Source: Parasynechococcus marenigrum WH 8102
GTDB taxonomy: Bacteria > Cyanobacteriota > Cyanobacteriia > PCC-6307 > Cyanobiaceae
Direction of reading: 5' to 3'
Assembly (NCBI RefSeq): GCF_000195975.1
Contig: NC_005070.1
Coordinates: forward strand, 1-32,000
DNA length: 32,000 bases
Made by a program: the position numbers and the translations under genes
Notes under the pieces: generated by a model
Seen by the model: the letters and a program-made list of their open reading frames with translations, nothing else
Databases searched by the model: none
What the model was told of the DNA's origin: nothing
Shown: positions 11,028 through 19,069 of the stretch, piece by piece
Layout: every line of letters starts with the position of its first letter
Numbering within the stretch: position 1 is the first letter of the stretch

Positions 11028-11762
11028 TTGGTCCAGACCAATCCCAGGCCTGATCTGCCGTTGTCCTCGAGGCTTCGACAGGATCTCAAAAATGATCTGA
11101 TCGCCGGATTGCTGGTGGTCATCCCACTTGCGACCACCATCTGGCTGTCCACGGTGGTCAGTCGCTTCGTGCTGGCGTTTCTCACCTCCGTTCCCAAGCA
11201 ACTCAATCCGTTCATCAACCTGAACCCATTGCTTCAGGACCTGATCAACCTGGCGCTGGGTCTAACTGTTCCCTTAATGGGGATCCTGTTGATCGGACTG
11301 ATGGCCAGAAATATCGTGGGTCGCTGGTTGCTGGAGTTCGGTGAGGGCACCCTCAGCCGTATCCCGCTCGCAGGTTCGGTTTACAAAACGCTGAAGCAGC
11401 TACTCGAAACATTTCTGAGAGACAACTCGACCCGTTTCCGCCGCGTCGTTCTCGTTGAATATCCCCGGGAGGGATTGTTCAGTGTCGGCTTTGTAACAGG
11501 AGAAGTGGGGCCGTCTTTGCGATCTGATCTCGATCAACCGCTGTTGAGTGTGTTCATCCCGACGGCGCCCAATCCCACAACGGGCTGGTACACCTTGGTT
11601 CCGGAACAAGGGGTGCGTGAGCTCAACATCAGTGTTGAGGAGGCATTCCGCACCATCATTTCCGCTGGCATCGTCAATCCTGATGATCAGGAAGCTCCGG
11701 CGAACCGCAGTTTTTCCAGTTTGATTGCCCAGTTGCGGGCATCTGCTTCTCCCTCCAGTTGA
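11028..11762 (+). CDS. DUF502 family membrane protein
   Basis: The translation LKNDLIAGLLVVIPLATTIWL...RIPLAGSVYKTLKQLLETF...VLVEYPREGLFSVGFVTG matches the DUF502 pattern. The ORF is open from 10911, but that would overlap the upstream gene by 68 nt, so TTG 11028 is the first plausible start after it. The start is uncertain. Confidence 0.75.
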   Translation: MVQTNPRPDLPLSSRLRQDLKNDLIAGLLVVIPLATTIWLSTVVSRFVLAFLTSVPKQLNPFINLNPLLQDLINLALGLTVPLMGILLIGLMARNIVGRWLLEFGEGTLSRIPLAGSVYKTLKQLLETFLRDNSTRFRRVVLVEYPREGLFSVGFVTGEVGPSLRSDLDQPLLSVFIPTAPNPTTGWYTLVPEQGVRELNISVEEAFRTIISAGIVNPDDQEAPANRSFSSLIAQLRASASPSS

Positions 11763-11765
11763 TTC

Positions 11766-12401
11766 ATGGCCACCCGATCCCTTGCCCGTGAGCTGGCCTT
11801 GCTCGTGCTTGGTCAGGTTTCCGATCAGAAACCGATTCCGGCCGCCAATCTGGCCATGGATTCTGTGCTAGAGCAGGCGTTGGACAGCCTGATGCAGCAC
11901 TGGCGCGAATCGCTGGATGCCAGTGCTGCTGAGTTGGAGCAGGCTCAGCAAAGCCTTCTCGACAGCGAACTTCAGTCCGGTGAATCCGCTGCGTTGCCCA
12001 CCGGTCAGGATCATCTGCGCAGCTGTCTGACCATGGCTGAGCAAGTGCTGAATGGACTCTCTGCCAGCCTTGAATTGCCTCGGTTGCTGATGCTGGGGGA
12101 TCAGGAACAGATTCGTCATGGGGCGATGGATCGCGTGTCATGCGTTCTCAATAAGCGCGATCGCATCGATGCAGAGCTTGATTCCGTGATGGAGGGATGG
12201 CGGCTGAGTCGGCTGCCCCGTCTCGATCGCGACATCCTGCGGTTGGCGGTTGTTGATCTACGTGATCTGGGTACACCCGCACCCGTGGCCTTCAGTGAAG
12301 CGGTCGAACTGGCGAACCGTTACAGCGATGAGCAGGGCCGCCGGATGATCAATGGCGTGTTGAGGCGTTTCCACGACGCCGCATCCAAGGCGGTGGGCTG
12401 A
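11766..12401 (+). CDS. nusB: transcription antitermination factor NusB
   Basis: 211-aa ORF. It has the NusB N-terminus MATRSLARELALLVLGQ and the C-terminal ...LRLAVVDL......EAVELANRYSDEQGRRMINGVLRR signature. An insertion in the middle is typical of cyanobacterial NusB. Confidence 0.88.
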   Translation: MATRSLARELALLVLGQVSDQKPIPAANLAMDSVLEQALDSLMQHWRESLDASAAELEQAQQSLLDSELQSGESAALPTGQDHLRSCLTMAEQVLNGLSASLELPRLLMLGDQEQIRHGAMDRVSCVLNKRDRIDAELDSVMEGWRLSRLPRLDRDILRLAVVDLRDLGTPAPVAFSEAVELANRYSDEQGRRMINGVLRRFHDAASKAVG

Positions 12402-13858
12402 TGGTTTTCGACTGGTTCAAACGCGGTGGCGGCGAACAGCCGCAGCCAACACCAACGCCTTCTCCTGAGCCGACGCCGGAACCGACAGCTGAATCGGTGG
12501 CGACTTCACCTGAAGATGAAGCGATGGCCTGGGCCCGCGAGGCCTTTGCCCGTCTCAAAGCGCAACAGGCTCAGGCCTCAGAGGACCAGCCATCTCCGAC
12601 ATCAACACCTCTTCCGATCCCCTCACCGCAGCCAGAACCACCGCAGCCAGAACCACCGCTGCCAACGCCTGCACCAGAGCCGCTTCCAACTCCCGCACCC
12701 AGTCAGGGACTGTCTCTGCTTGAACAGGCTGCGGCTCAGCGGCAGCAACGGCAGCAGGATCAGGACGCCAGAGCTCTTGAACCGGAGCCGACTCCGACTC
12801 CGACCCCAGCTCAGACAGCTGCGGTCTCGGATGAACCCACCCTTGGTGATTTCGATGATGACTTCACCTGGTCAGCGGAGGTGCTGGCCGCCCAGGGACG
12901 TCGTGTTGATGACATCTCCCTGGAGGAGATCGACTGGTTGGGTCGACTTCGCCGTGGCCTGGAGAAAACCCGGCAGGGGTTTGTCAGTGGTCTGCTCGAG
13001 AACCTGGGTGACGATCCCCTTACCCCCGAGGTCCTCGATGATCTCGAAACGCTTCTGCTCCGCGCTGATGCCGGGGTTCAGGCGACGGATCAGGTTCTTG
13101 ATGCTCTGCGTCAACGCATGAACGTGGAGGTGGTGGATCCTGCCGAAGGCATCCGTTTCCTCAAGGAGCAGCTTCGCGGTTTGTTGGATGCACCGATTGC
13201 TGCCAGTGGTGCTCAGTTGATTGCTCCTGAACGGGATCGGCTCAACATCTGGTTGATGGTCGGTGTGAATGGCGTCGGCAAGACCACGACCCTTGGCAAG
13301 TTGGCCAACCTTGCGGTGCGCAGTGGTTATTCAGCTTTGATCGCAGCAGCTGACACCTTTCGTGCCGCTGCCGTTCAGCAGGTTCAGGTCTGGGGAAAGC
13401 GCAGTGATGTGCCAGTGGTTTCCAATCCCAGCAGCAACGCTGATCCAGCGGCTGTGGTGTTCGATGCCATTGGTGCTGCCCGTTCACGGGGAACTGACTT
13501 ACTGCTTGTGGATACCGCAGGTCGCTTGCAGACCAAACACAACCTGATGGAGGAATTGCAGAAGGTTCGCAAGATCATTGATCGATTGGCGCCGGAGGCC
13601 AAGGTCGAATCGCTGTTGATCCTCGATGCCAGCCAGGGGCAGAACGGCCTTCGTCAGGCGATGGCGTTTGCCAAAGCCGCTGGTCTCACGGGTGTGGTGA
13701 TCACCAAACTTGATGGCACGGCTCGAGGGGGTGTTGCGCTGGCGGTGTCCTCGGAAGCTGGACTGCCGATTCGCTTCATCGGGGCTGGTGAAGGCATTCG
13801 GGATCTTCGACCCTTCAACAGCTACGAATTCGTTGAAGCGTTGCTGGCCGGACGCTGA
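12401..13858 (+). CDS. ftsY: signal recognition particle receptor FtsY
   Basis: 485-aa ORF whose ATG overlaps the nusB stop (TGATG). A Pro/Glu/Thr-rich acidic N-domain is followed by an NG domain with GVNGVGKTTTLGKLA, DTAGRL and TKLDGTARGG GTPase motifs. Confidence 0.95.
   Translation: MVFDWFKRGGGEQPQPTPTPSPEPTPEPTAESVATSPEDEAMAWAREAFARLKAQQAQASEDQPSPTSTPLPIPSPQPEPPQPEPPLPTPAPEPLPTPAPSQGLSLLEQAAAQRQQRQQDQDARALEPEPTPTPTPAQTAAVSDEPTLGDFDDDFTWSAEVLAAQGRRVDDISLEEIDWLGRLRRGLEKTRQGFVSGLLENLGDDPLTPEVLDDLETLLLRADAGVQATDQVLDALRQRMNVEVVDPAEGIRFLKEQLRGLLDAPIAASGAQLIAPERDRLNIWLMVGVNGVGKTTTLGKLANLAVRSGYSALIAAADTFRAAAVQQVQVWGKRSDVPVVSNPSSNADPAAVVFDAIGAARSRGTDLLLVDTAGRLQTKHNLMEELQKVRKIIDRLAPEAKVESLLILDASQGQNGLRQAMAFAKAAGLTGVVITKLDGTARGGVALAVSSEAGLPIRFIGAGEGIRDLRPFNSYEFVEALLAGR
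12626..12660 (+). repeat. 15-nt tandem duplication (ccgcagccagaacca x2 plus a partial copy) inside the ftsY N-domain
   Basis: Two directly adjacent exact copies are read at 12626-12640 and 12641-12655, encoding PQPEP-PQPEP within a Pro-rich low-complexity tract. Confidence 0.7.
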
Positions 13859-13894
13859 AGCGTTGCTACGTTTCGGCTCCTGAGGGGCTGAGCC

Positions 13895-15316
13895 GTGAGC
13901 AGCAAGCCGCCTCGTCGGCATTCCACTCCATCCTTTAGAGGTGTTGCACCACCTCCGCAGGCGATGGCGTCGCTGCGGCAGTTGTTCGACAGTCTCAGCC
14001 GTGAGCAACGCCGCAATCAGGATCTGTTGGTGTCCTTGGCGTTTGCCCAGCGCAGCTTCACCAACCTGAATCGGTTCCTGGAGTTGGTTCCGGTGGTTGC
14101 ATCCCGTCTTGTGGGGGTGCAAGGAGCAATTCTGGTGCCGTTCCAGTCCGACGGGCGACTTTGGCGGGAGCAACTGCAGGCAGTTCCCGCGGAAAGCAAT
14201 CAGGATCTTTTGCAACGTCTGGCGGCTTTCGAGCCAGGTCATGGTGCAGGGTTTGGCACCGATGACGACCAGCTGCTGCTGATGGATCGTCTGGTGCAGC
14301 GGCTGTGTCCTGGGGCGGGACTGTTCGCTACCTCGGTGGTCGCACGGGGACGCTCCCGTGGTCGCTTGTACGTGTTCGAACCGTCAGGAGATCTCGTCTG
14401 GACCGATGTCCATCGTCGCCACGTTCAGTTGGTGGCAGATCTTGCCGGGGTCGCAATTGAAAACGACCAGATGCTGCAGGAGGCACGCCGCCATGAGCGG
14501 GTGGATCGTCAGCTCAGCATCGGTGCGGAGATCCAGGCTCAATTGTTGCCGGATCACTGCCCAGTGATTGAGGGCGTCGAACTAGCGGCACGCTGCCGAC
14601 CGGCTTTTCAGGTGGGAGGTGATTACTACGACTTCATTCCGACACGGCCGGAGTTGACCGGGCGCCGTCGGGAACGCGGCCGTTGGGCCTTGGTGATGGG
14701 TGATGTGATGGGAAAGGGAGTACCAGCTGGTCTGTTGATGACCATGCTGCGGGGCATGCTCCGGGCTGAGGTCCTCAGCGGTTTGCCGCCCGATCGGATC
14801 CTGCACGACCTGAATCAATTGGCTCAGGAGGACCTGGCTCAGTCCCACCGGTTCGTGACTCTGTTTTATTCGGATTTCGATCCCCGCAGCCGACGGCTGC
14901 GGTATGCCAATGCAGCCCACAATCCACCTCTGCTGTGGCGGGCCGAACGCCGGAGTATCAGCCGCCTGGATGCTGCTGGCTTGTTAATCGGATTGCAGCC
15001 GGAAGCGGATTACGGACTCGGGGAGGTCCGGCTCGATCCCGGAGATGTTCTCCTCTATTACACCGATGGTGTGACAGAGGCTCCTGGCATCACGGGTGAT
15101 CGATTTGATGAGGCCCGTTTGATTCGCACTCTGGAGGGTGCCTGCCGCAGTGGTCAGGGGGCTCAAGGGATTTTGGATCATCTCTTCGATCGACTTGATC
15201 GGTTCGTCGGAGCGGATCACCACCTTGAGGATGACGCGTCGATGGTCGTTTTGAAGGTTCCTGAGGCCGTCAGCCTGCCGAGTGTGTCGCCATCCATCAG
15301 CCGCCTGACAAGCTGA
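13895..15316 (+). CDS. GAF-domain PP2C/SpoIIE-family serine phosphatase (RsbU-like)
   Basis: 473-aa ORF. The C-terminal half has SpoIIE/PP2C motifs ([41 protein letters not shown]). The N-terminal roughly 200 aa have GAF-like length and position. The start is GTG 13895 or ATG 13964. Confidence 0.85.
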   Translation: MSSKPPRRHSTPSFRGVAPPPQAMASLRQLFDSLSREQRRNQDLLVSLAFAQRSFTNLNRFLELVPVVASRLVGVQGAILVPFQSDGRLWREQLQAVPAESNQDLLQRLAAFEPGHGAGFGTDDDQLLLMDRLVQRLCPGAGLFATSVVARGRSRGRLYVFEPSGDLVWTDVHRRHVQLVADLAGVAIENDQMLQEARRHERVDRQLSIGAEIQAQLLPDHCPVIEGVELAARCRPAFQVGGDYYDFIPTRPELTGRRRERGRWALVMGDVMGKGVPAGLLMTMLRGMLRAEVLSGLPPDRILHDLNQLAQEDLAQSHRFVTLFYSDFDPRSRRLRYANAAHNPPLLWRAERRSISRLDAAGLLIGLQPEADYGLGEVRLDPGDVLLYYTDGVTEAPGITGDRFDEARLIRTLEGACRSGQGAQGILDHLFDRLDRFVGADHHLEDDASMVVLKVPEAVSLPSVSPSISRLTS

Positions 15317-15336
15317 AGGGATTGGCAGAGCAATCC

Positions 15337-16752
15337 ATGGCGGGTGGTGTGACCGGTGGCGCTGCAGGCGCATGGAGTGATCGTTTCGAACAGGGACTGC
15401 ATCCCTTCGTCGAAGCGTTCAATGCGTCCATCGGTTTTGATCTGACGCTGCTTCAGGAGGACCTGGACGGCTCCATTGCCCATGCCCGGATGCTGGCGAG
15501 TTGCGGGGTGATTGCAGAGGAAGAGGCCGTTCAGCTGGTGGACGGTCTGGAGTTGATCCGAACGGAGGCAGCCGACGGTCGCTTCAATCCAGGCCTGGAG
15601 GATGAGGACGTTCATTTCGCCGTGGAGCGGCGGTTGATCGCTTTGGTGGGTTCCGTGGGCAAAAAGCTCCACACGGGGCGCAGCCGCAATGATCAAGTGG
15701 GGACGGATCTTCGGCTGTGGCTCCGGCGCAGGCTCGATGAGATCGATGGCGATCTGCAACGGCTTCAAAGGGCTTTGCTGGATCAGGCGGATCGGCACCA
15801 GTCCACGATGATTCCCGGTTACACCCATCTCCAGCGTGCTCAGCCGCTGTGTCTGGCGCATCATCTGCTCGCTTACATCGAGATGCTCCAACGGGATCGT
15901 CAGCGTCTTGGCGACGTCCGTGGGCGCGTCAATATTTGTCCGCTAGGGGCTGCAGCTCTGGCGGGTACACCGGTACCGATTGATCGCCGCCGGACGGCTG
16001 AGGATCTTGGCTTCACAGCGATTTACGCCAACAGCCTCGATGCCGTCAGTGACCGTGATTTTTGTGTTGAATTTTCAGCGGCTGCATCCCTGGTGATGGC
16101 TCATCTGAGCCGTCTGGCAGAGGAGGTGATCGCCTGGGCGTCGGAGGAATTTGGTTTTGTGCGGCTGAGCGATCGCTGTGCCACGGGCAGCAGCTTGATG
16201 CCGCAGAAGAAGAACCCCGATGTGCCGGAGTTGGTCAGGGGTAAATGCGGCCGTGTCTTTGGCCATCTGCAGGGACTGCTGACGATGATCAAAGGCCTTC
16301 CTTTGGCTTACAACAAGGATTTCCAGGAAGACAAGGAAGCGCTGTTTGATGCCTATCGGACCACACGTGACTGTGTGGAAGCGATGGCGATCTTGTTTGA
16401 GGAGGGGTTGGAGTTCCGCATCGACCGTCTCAATCAGGCGGTGGAAAGCGATTTTTCCAATGCCACTGATGTTGCCGATTATCTCGTGGCTCGTGGTGTT
16501 CCCTTTCGCGAGGCATATCAATTGGTCGGGGCTGTTGTTCGCCGTTGCCTTGAGCAGGATTGTCTACTGCGGGAACTCAGCCTCGAGCAATGGAAGGAGA
16601 TCCACCCTGCCTTTGAGGCCGATCTGCACGAGGCACTCGCTCCACGGGCGGTGGTGTCGGCCCGTCGCAGTGAAGGAGGAACGGGATTTGATCGGGTTCA
16701 TGAGCAGGTCATGCTTTGGCAAGAACGCCTCAAAGAATCTGCAGTTGGTTGA
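15337..16752 (+). CDS. argH: argininosuccinate lyase
   Basis: The translation contains WSDRFEQ...[20 protein letters not shown] and the lyase signature [16 protein letters not shown]. The ORF is open from TTG 15322, and ATG 15337 is taken as the start. Confidence 0.95.
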   Translation: MAGGVTGGAAGAWSDRFEQGLHPFVEAFNASIGFDLTLLQEDLDGSIAHARMLASCGVIAEEEAVQLVDGLELIRTEAADGRFNPGLEDEDVHFAVERRLIALVGSVGKKLHTGRSRNDQVGTDLRLWLRRRLDEIDGDLQRLQRALLDQADRHQSTMIPGYTHLQRAQPLCLAHHLLAYIEMLQRDRQRLGDVRGRVNICPLGAAALAGTPVPIDRRRTAEDLGFTAIYANSLDAVSDRDFCVEFSAAASLVMAHLSRLAEEVIAWASEEFGFVRLSDRCATGSSLMPQKKNPDVPELVRGKCGRVFGHLQGLLTMIKGLPLAYNKDFQEDKEALFDAYRTTRDCVEAMAILFEEGLEFRIDRLNQAVESDFSNATDVADYLVARGVPFREAYQLVGAVVRRCLEQDCLLRELSLEQWKEIHPAFEADLHEALAPRAVVSARRSEGGTGFDRVHEQVMLWQERLKESAVG

Positions 16753-16878
16753 TGACTGCTTTGCGTAACCGGGTCTACGCTGAATAGGTCATTGGATGTC
16801 ATGTCTTGACCAAGTCATGCTCCTTTGACATAGGCACAAGCCTCTTCGGTTGTTTTTCGTACCCGGTCCACTCAGAAC

Positions 16879-17523
16879 GTGAGCATTTTTGTCGGCAACC
16901 TTCCCTTCCGCGCTGAGCAGGAGGATGTCATTGAACTGTTTGCCCAGTTCGGCGAAGTCGCGAACTGTGCCCTTCCCCTCGAGCGGGACACCGGTCGTAA
17001 GCGCGGTTTCGCATTTGTCGAGATGGCGGATGAAGCTGTCGAAGACGCAGCGATTGAAGGGCTTCAGGGTGCCGAGCTGATGGGTCGCCCACTTCGGATT
17101 AATAAAGCTGAGCCACGGGGCAGTGCTCCTCGCGGTGGCGGCGGTGGTTACCGAGGCGGCGGTGGCGGCTACGGCGGCGGTGGCGGCTACGGCGGTGGTG
17201 GTGGTCGCGATGGCGGCGGTGGTTATGGCGGCGGCGGCGGTGGTTACCGAGGCGGCGGTGGCGGCTACGGCGGTGGTGGTGGTGGTGGTCGCGATGGCGG
17301 CGGTGGTTATGGCGGCGGCGGCGGTGGTTACCGAGGTGGCGGTGATGCTGGTGACCGTCCTTCCGGTGCCCGTGGCTGGGAAGACCGCAGTTATGGCGCC
17401 CGTGACAGCGGTGGTGAAGGTGGCGGCGGTCACGACGATGGCCGCAGCCGTCGTCGTCGCGGCTCATCCGGTGGCGGTGGTGGCGGTGACGACTATTCCG
17501 GTTACGGAGGTGCTGAGGGCTGA
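16879..17523 (+). CDS. RRM-type RNA-binding protein with a long Gly/Tyr/Arg-rich C-terminal tail
   Basis: GTG start. The N-terminal roughly 80 aa form a canonical RRM, with RNP2 (IFVGNL) and RNP1 (RGFAFVEM). They are followed by about 130 aa of GGYGGGG / RGG / RDGGGGY low-complexity sequence. Confidence 0.9.
   Translation: MSIFVGNLPFRAEQEDVIELFAQFGEVANCALPLERDTGRKRGFAFVEMADEAVEDAAIEGLQGAELMGRPLRINKAEPRGSAPRGGGGGYRGGGGGYGGGGGYGGGGGRDGGGGYGGGGGGYRGGGGGYGGGGGGGRDGGGGYGGGGGGYRGGGDAGDRPSGARGWEDRSYGARDSGGEGGGGHDDGRSRRRRGSSGGGGGGDDYSGYGGAEG
17143..17340 (+). repeat. tandem 96/84-nt coding repeat (about 2.2 copies) inside the RRM protein gene
   Basis: The string ggtggttaccgagg recurs at 17143, 17239 and 17323. 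The units encode GGYRGGGGGY(GGGGGY)GGGG(GG)GRDGGGGYGGGG. Confidence 0.85.
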
Positions 17524-17532
17524 TGCCCTCAG
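17513..17532. other. perfect 8-bp hairpin (ctgagggc-tgat-gccctcag) at the convergent rbp/dusA junction
   Basis: Read directly from the sequence. The left arm is 17513-17520, the loop 17521-17524 and the right arm 17525-17532. The loop contains the rbp stop TGA (17521-17523), and the right arm contains the dusA stop (complement of 17529-17531). There is no flanking U-run on either strand, so terminator function is unproven. Confidence 0.45.
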
Positions 17533-18521
17533 AGGCCGGCCTCGCGCAACTGCCTGCCGGCCTCTTCCAGCACTGTGAGATCGGCTCCGGGCCGTTGAGC
17601 GCGATCGCCAAGTTCACGCCGCCAGTGTCTGGCTCCTCGGACGCCTTCCACCAGTTGCACAAGATGGCGGCAAAGGTCCCAGAGTCGACCGCCACTGCTG
17701 AGGTGGGCAGCAGCATGGGGAAGCAGACCGGTCACCACATCGGAGGCCAGAAGATCTCGCGGTGGTTTGCCGAAGACGAGGTGGTCCATCGCTGCCCATC
17801 GCAGGGGATGGGAGTAGGCCGCCCGGCCCACCATGGCTCCATCGCATGTTCTTAGAGCCTCTATGCAGTCTTCGGGTGACTCCAACCCTCCGTTCAGTTC
17901 GATGGTGAGGTGGGGCCGGCGTTGCTTCAGTGCCTGTACGCGGTCGTGCTGCAGCGGTGGGATCGTTCGGTTCTGCTTCGGGTCCAGACCGTCCAGCCAG
18001 GCTTTGCGGGCATGTACGGAAAAACGGCTTGCTCCGGCGCTTGCCACCCGATCCACGAAGGCTGTTAACAGGTCATCGCTGTCGAGATCATCAATGCCGA
18101 TGCGGTGTTTGACCGTCACCGGGAGTGACGTGGCGTTGGACATCGCCTCGACGCAGCGAGCCACGAGGTCTGGCTCCGCCATCAGGCAGGCACCAAAGTT
18201 GCCGGCCTGTACTTTCTGGCTCGGGCAGCCAATGTTGAGGTTGATCTCGTCGTAGTTCCAGTCGCTGGCCAGCCGTGCGGCATCAGCCAAAAGGGCCGGA
18301 TCGTCTCCTCCCACCTGCAGGGCGATCGGATGCTCGACAGCATCAAAATCCAGCAGCTTGTCGCGGCGGTTGCTGTGGTGCAGAGCCTGAGCCACCACCA
18401 TTTCGGAGTACAGCAAGGCATGGCGGCTGATCTGCCGCATCAACACGCGGAAGTGTCGGTCCGTGCAATCCAGCATCGGCGCCACGCTGAAGCGGTAGGC
18501 AGCGGTTTCGGTGGCGGTCAT
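17529..18521 (-). CDS. dusA: tRNA-dihydrouridine synthase A
   Basis: 330-aa ORF. The N-terminus FSVAPMLDCTDRHFRVLMRQIS...LYSEMV, the motif NLNIGCPSQKV and the overall length match DusA. Confidence 0.9.
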   Translation of the reverse strand: MTATETAAYRFSVAPMLDCTDRHFRVLMRQISRHALLYSEMVVAQALHHSNRRDKLLDFDAVEHPIALQVGGDDPALLADAARLASDWNYDEINLNIGCPSQKVQAGNFGACLMAEPDLVARCVEAMSNATSLPVTVKHRIGIDDLDSDDLLTAFVDRVASAGASRFSVHARKAWLDGLDPKQNRTIPPLQHDRVQALKQRRPHLTIELNGGLESPEDCIEALRTCDGAMVGRAAYSHPLRWAAMDHLVFGKPPRDLLASDVVTGLLPHAAAHLSSGGRLWDLCRHLVQLVEGVRGARHWRRELGDRAQRPGADLTVLEEAGRQLREAGL

Positions 18522-18562
18522 GGATCCATTAGAACCCTCAGCATTGACCGTTAAAGGCTGCG

Positions 18563-19069
18563 ATGCCCCTTAGCGCCGTTTACCTGTCCCGCCGTTCCCT
18601 GTTGTTGGGCTCCATTGCCGGAGTATTTGGCAGCAGCTGGTGGCCGCGGCCTGTGCTGGCTGCATCCAAGGCTGCTGATGCAACCTGGGATCTCACCCCA
18701 GACCAGTGGCGTGAACGTTTGTCATCCGAAGCCTATGACGTGCTCCGCAACGAAGGCACTGAGCGTCCCTTCACCAGTCCACTGAACGCAGAAAAGCGCA
18801 GCGGCACTTATCACTGCGCTGGTTGCGATCTGTCGTTGTTCTCCTCGGAGGCGAAGTTCGACAGTGGCACGGGTTGGCCCAGCTTTTGGCAGCCCTTGCA
18901 GGGAGCGATTGCGACGAAAGTAGATTTCAAATTGATCATTCCCCGTACGGAATACCACTGCAGCCGCTGCGGTGGTCACCAGGGCCACGTCTTCAATGAC
19001 GGACCTCGACCGACGGGTAAGCGCTACTGCAATAACGGCGTTGCTCTTGTCTTCCGACCCGCTGGCTGA
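18563..19069 (+). CDS. msrB: peptide-methionine (R)-S-oxide reductase MsrB with a twin-arginine-type signal peptide
   Basis: 168-aa ORF. The SelR core has two CxxC zinc motifs (CAGC, CSRC), GTGWPSF, and the catalytic region RCGGHQGHVFNDGP. The N-terminal 35 aa carry SRRSLLLG, a hydrophobic stretch and VLAAS. Confidence 0.9.
   Translation: MPLSAVYLSRRSLLLGSIAGVFGSSWWPRPVLAASKAADATWDLTPDQWRERLSSEAYDVLRNEGTERPFTSPLNAEKRSGTYHCAGCDLSLFSSEAKFDSGTGWPSFWQPLQGAIATKVDFKLIIPRTEYHCSRCGGHQGHVFNDGPRPTGKRYCNNGVALVFRPAG

Noticed and set aside
12426-13121. 231-aa Arg/Ser/Leu-rich ORF in another frame of ftsY
   Set aside because: It overlaps the Pro-rich N-domain of ftsY. It is an alternative reading of low-complexity DNA, with no independent start context or motifs.
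13499-14242. 247-aa minus-strand ORF bridging the ftsY end and the phosphatase start
   Set aside because: It is antisense to two well-supported plus-strand genes and has no recognisable domain.
15319-15336. 6-bp hairpin ggattg-gcagag-caatcc immediately upstream of the argH ATG, as a possible translational regulator
   Set aside because: The stem is short and weak, with no supporting conservation information. It may simply be chance in the 20-nt spacer between the phosphatase gene and argH.
16789-17716. Thr/Ala-rich (16789-17433, minus strand) and His/Arg-rich (17099-17716, minus strand) ORFs, plus an Ala/Val-rich plus-strand ORF, over the Gly-rich repeat
   Set aside because: These are alternative-frame and antisense readings of the (GGY)n repeats of the RRM gene. 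The RRM frame is the only one with a real domain and a sensible start.
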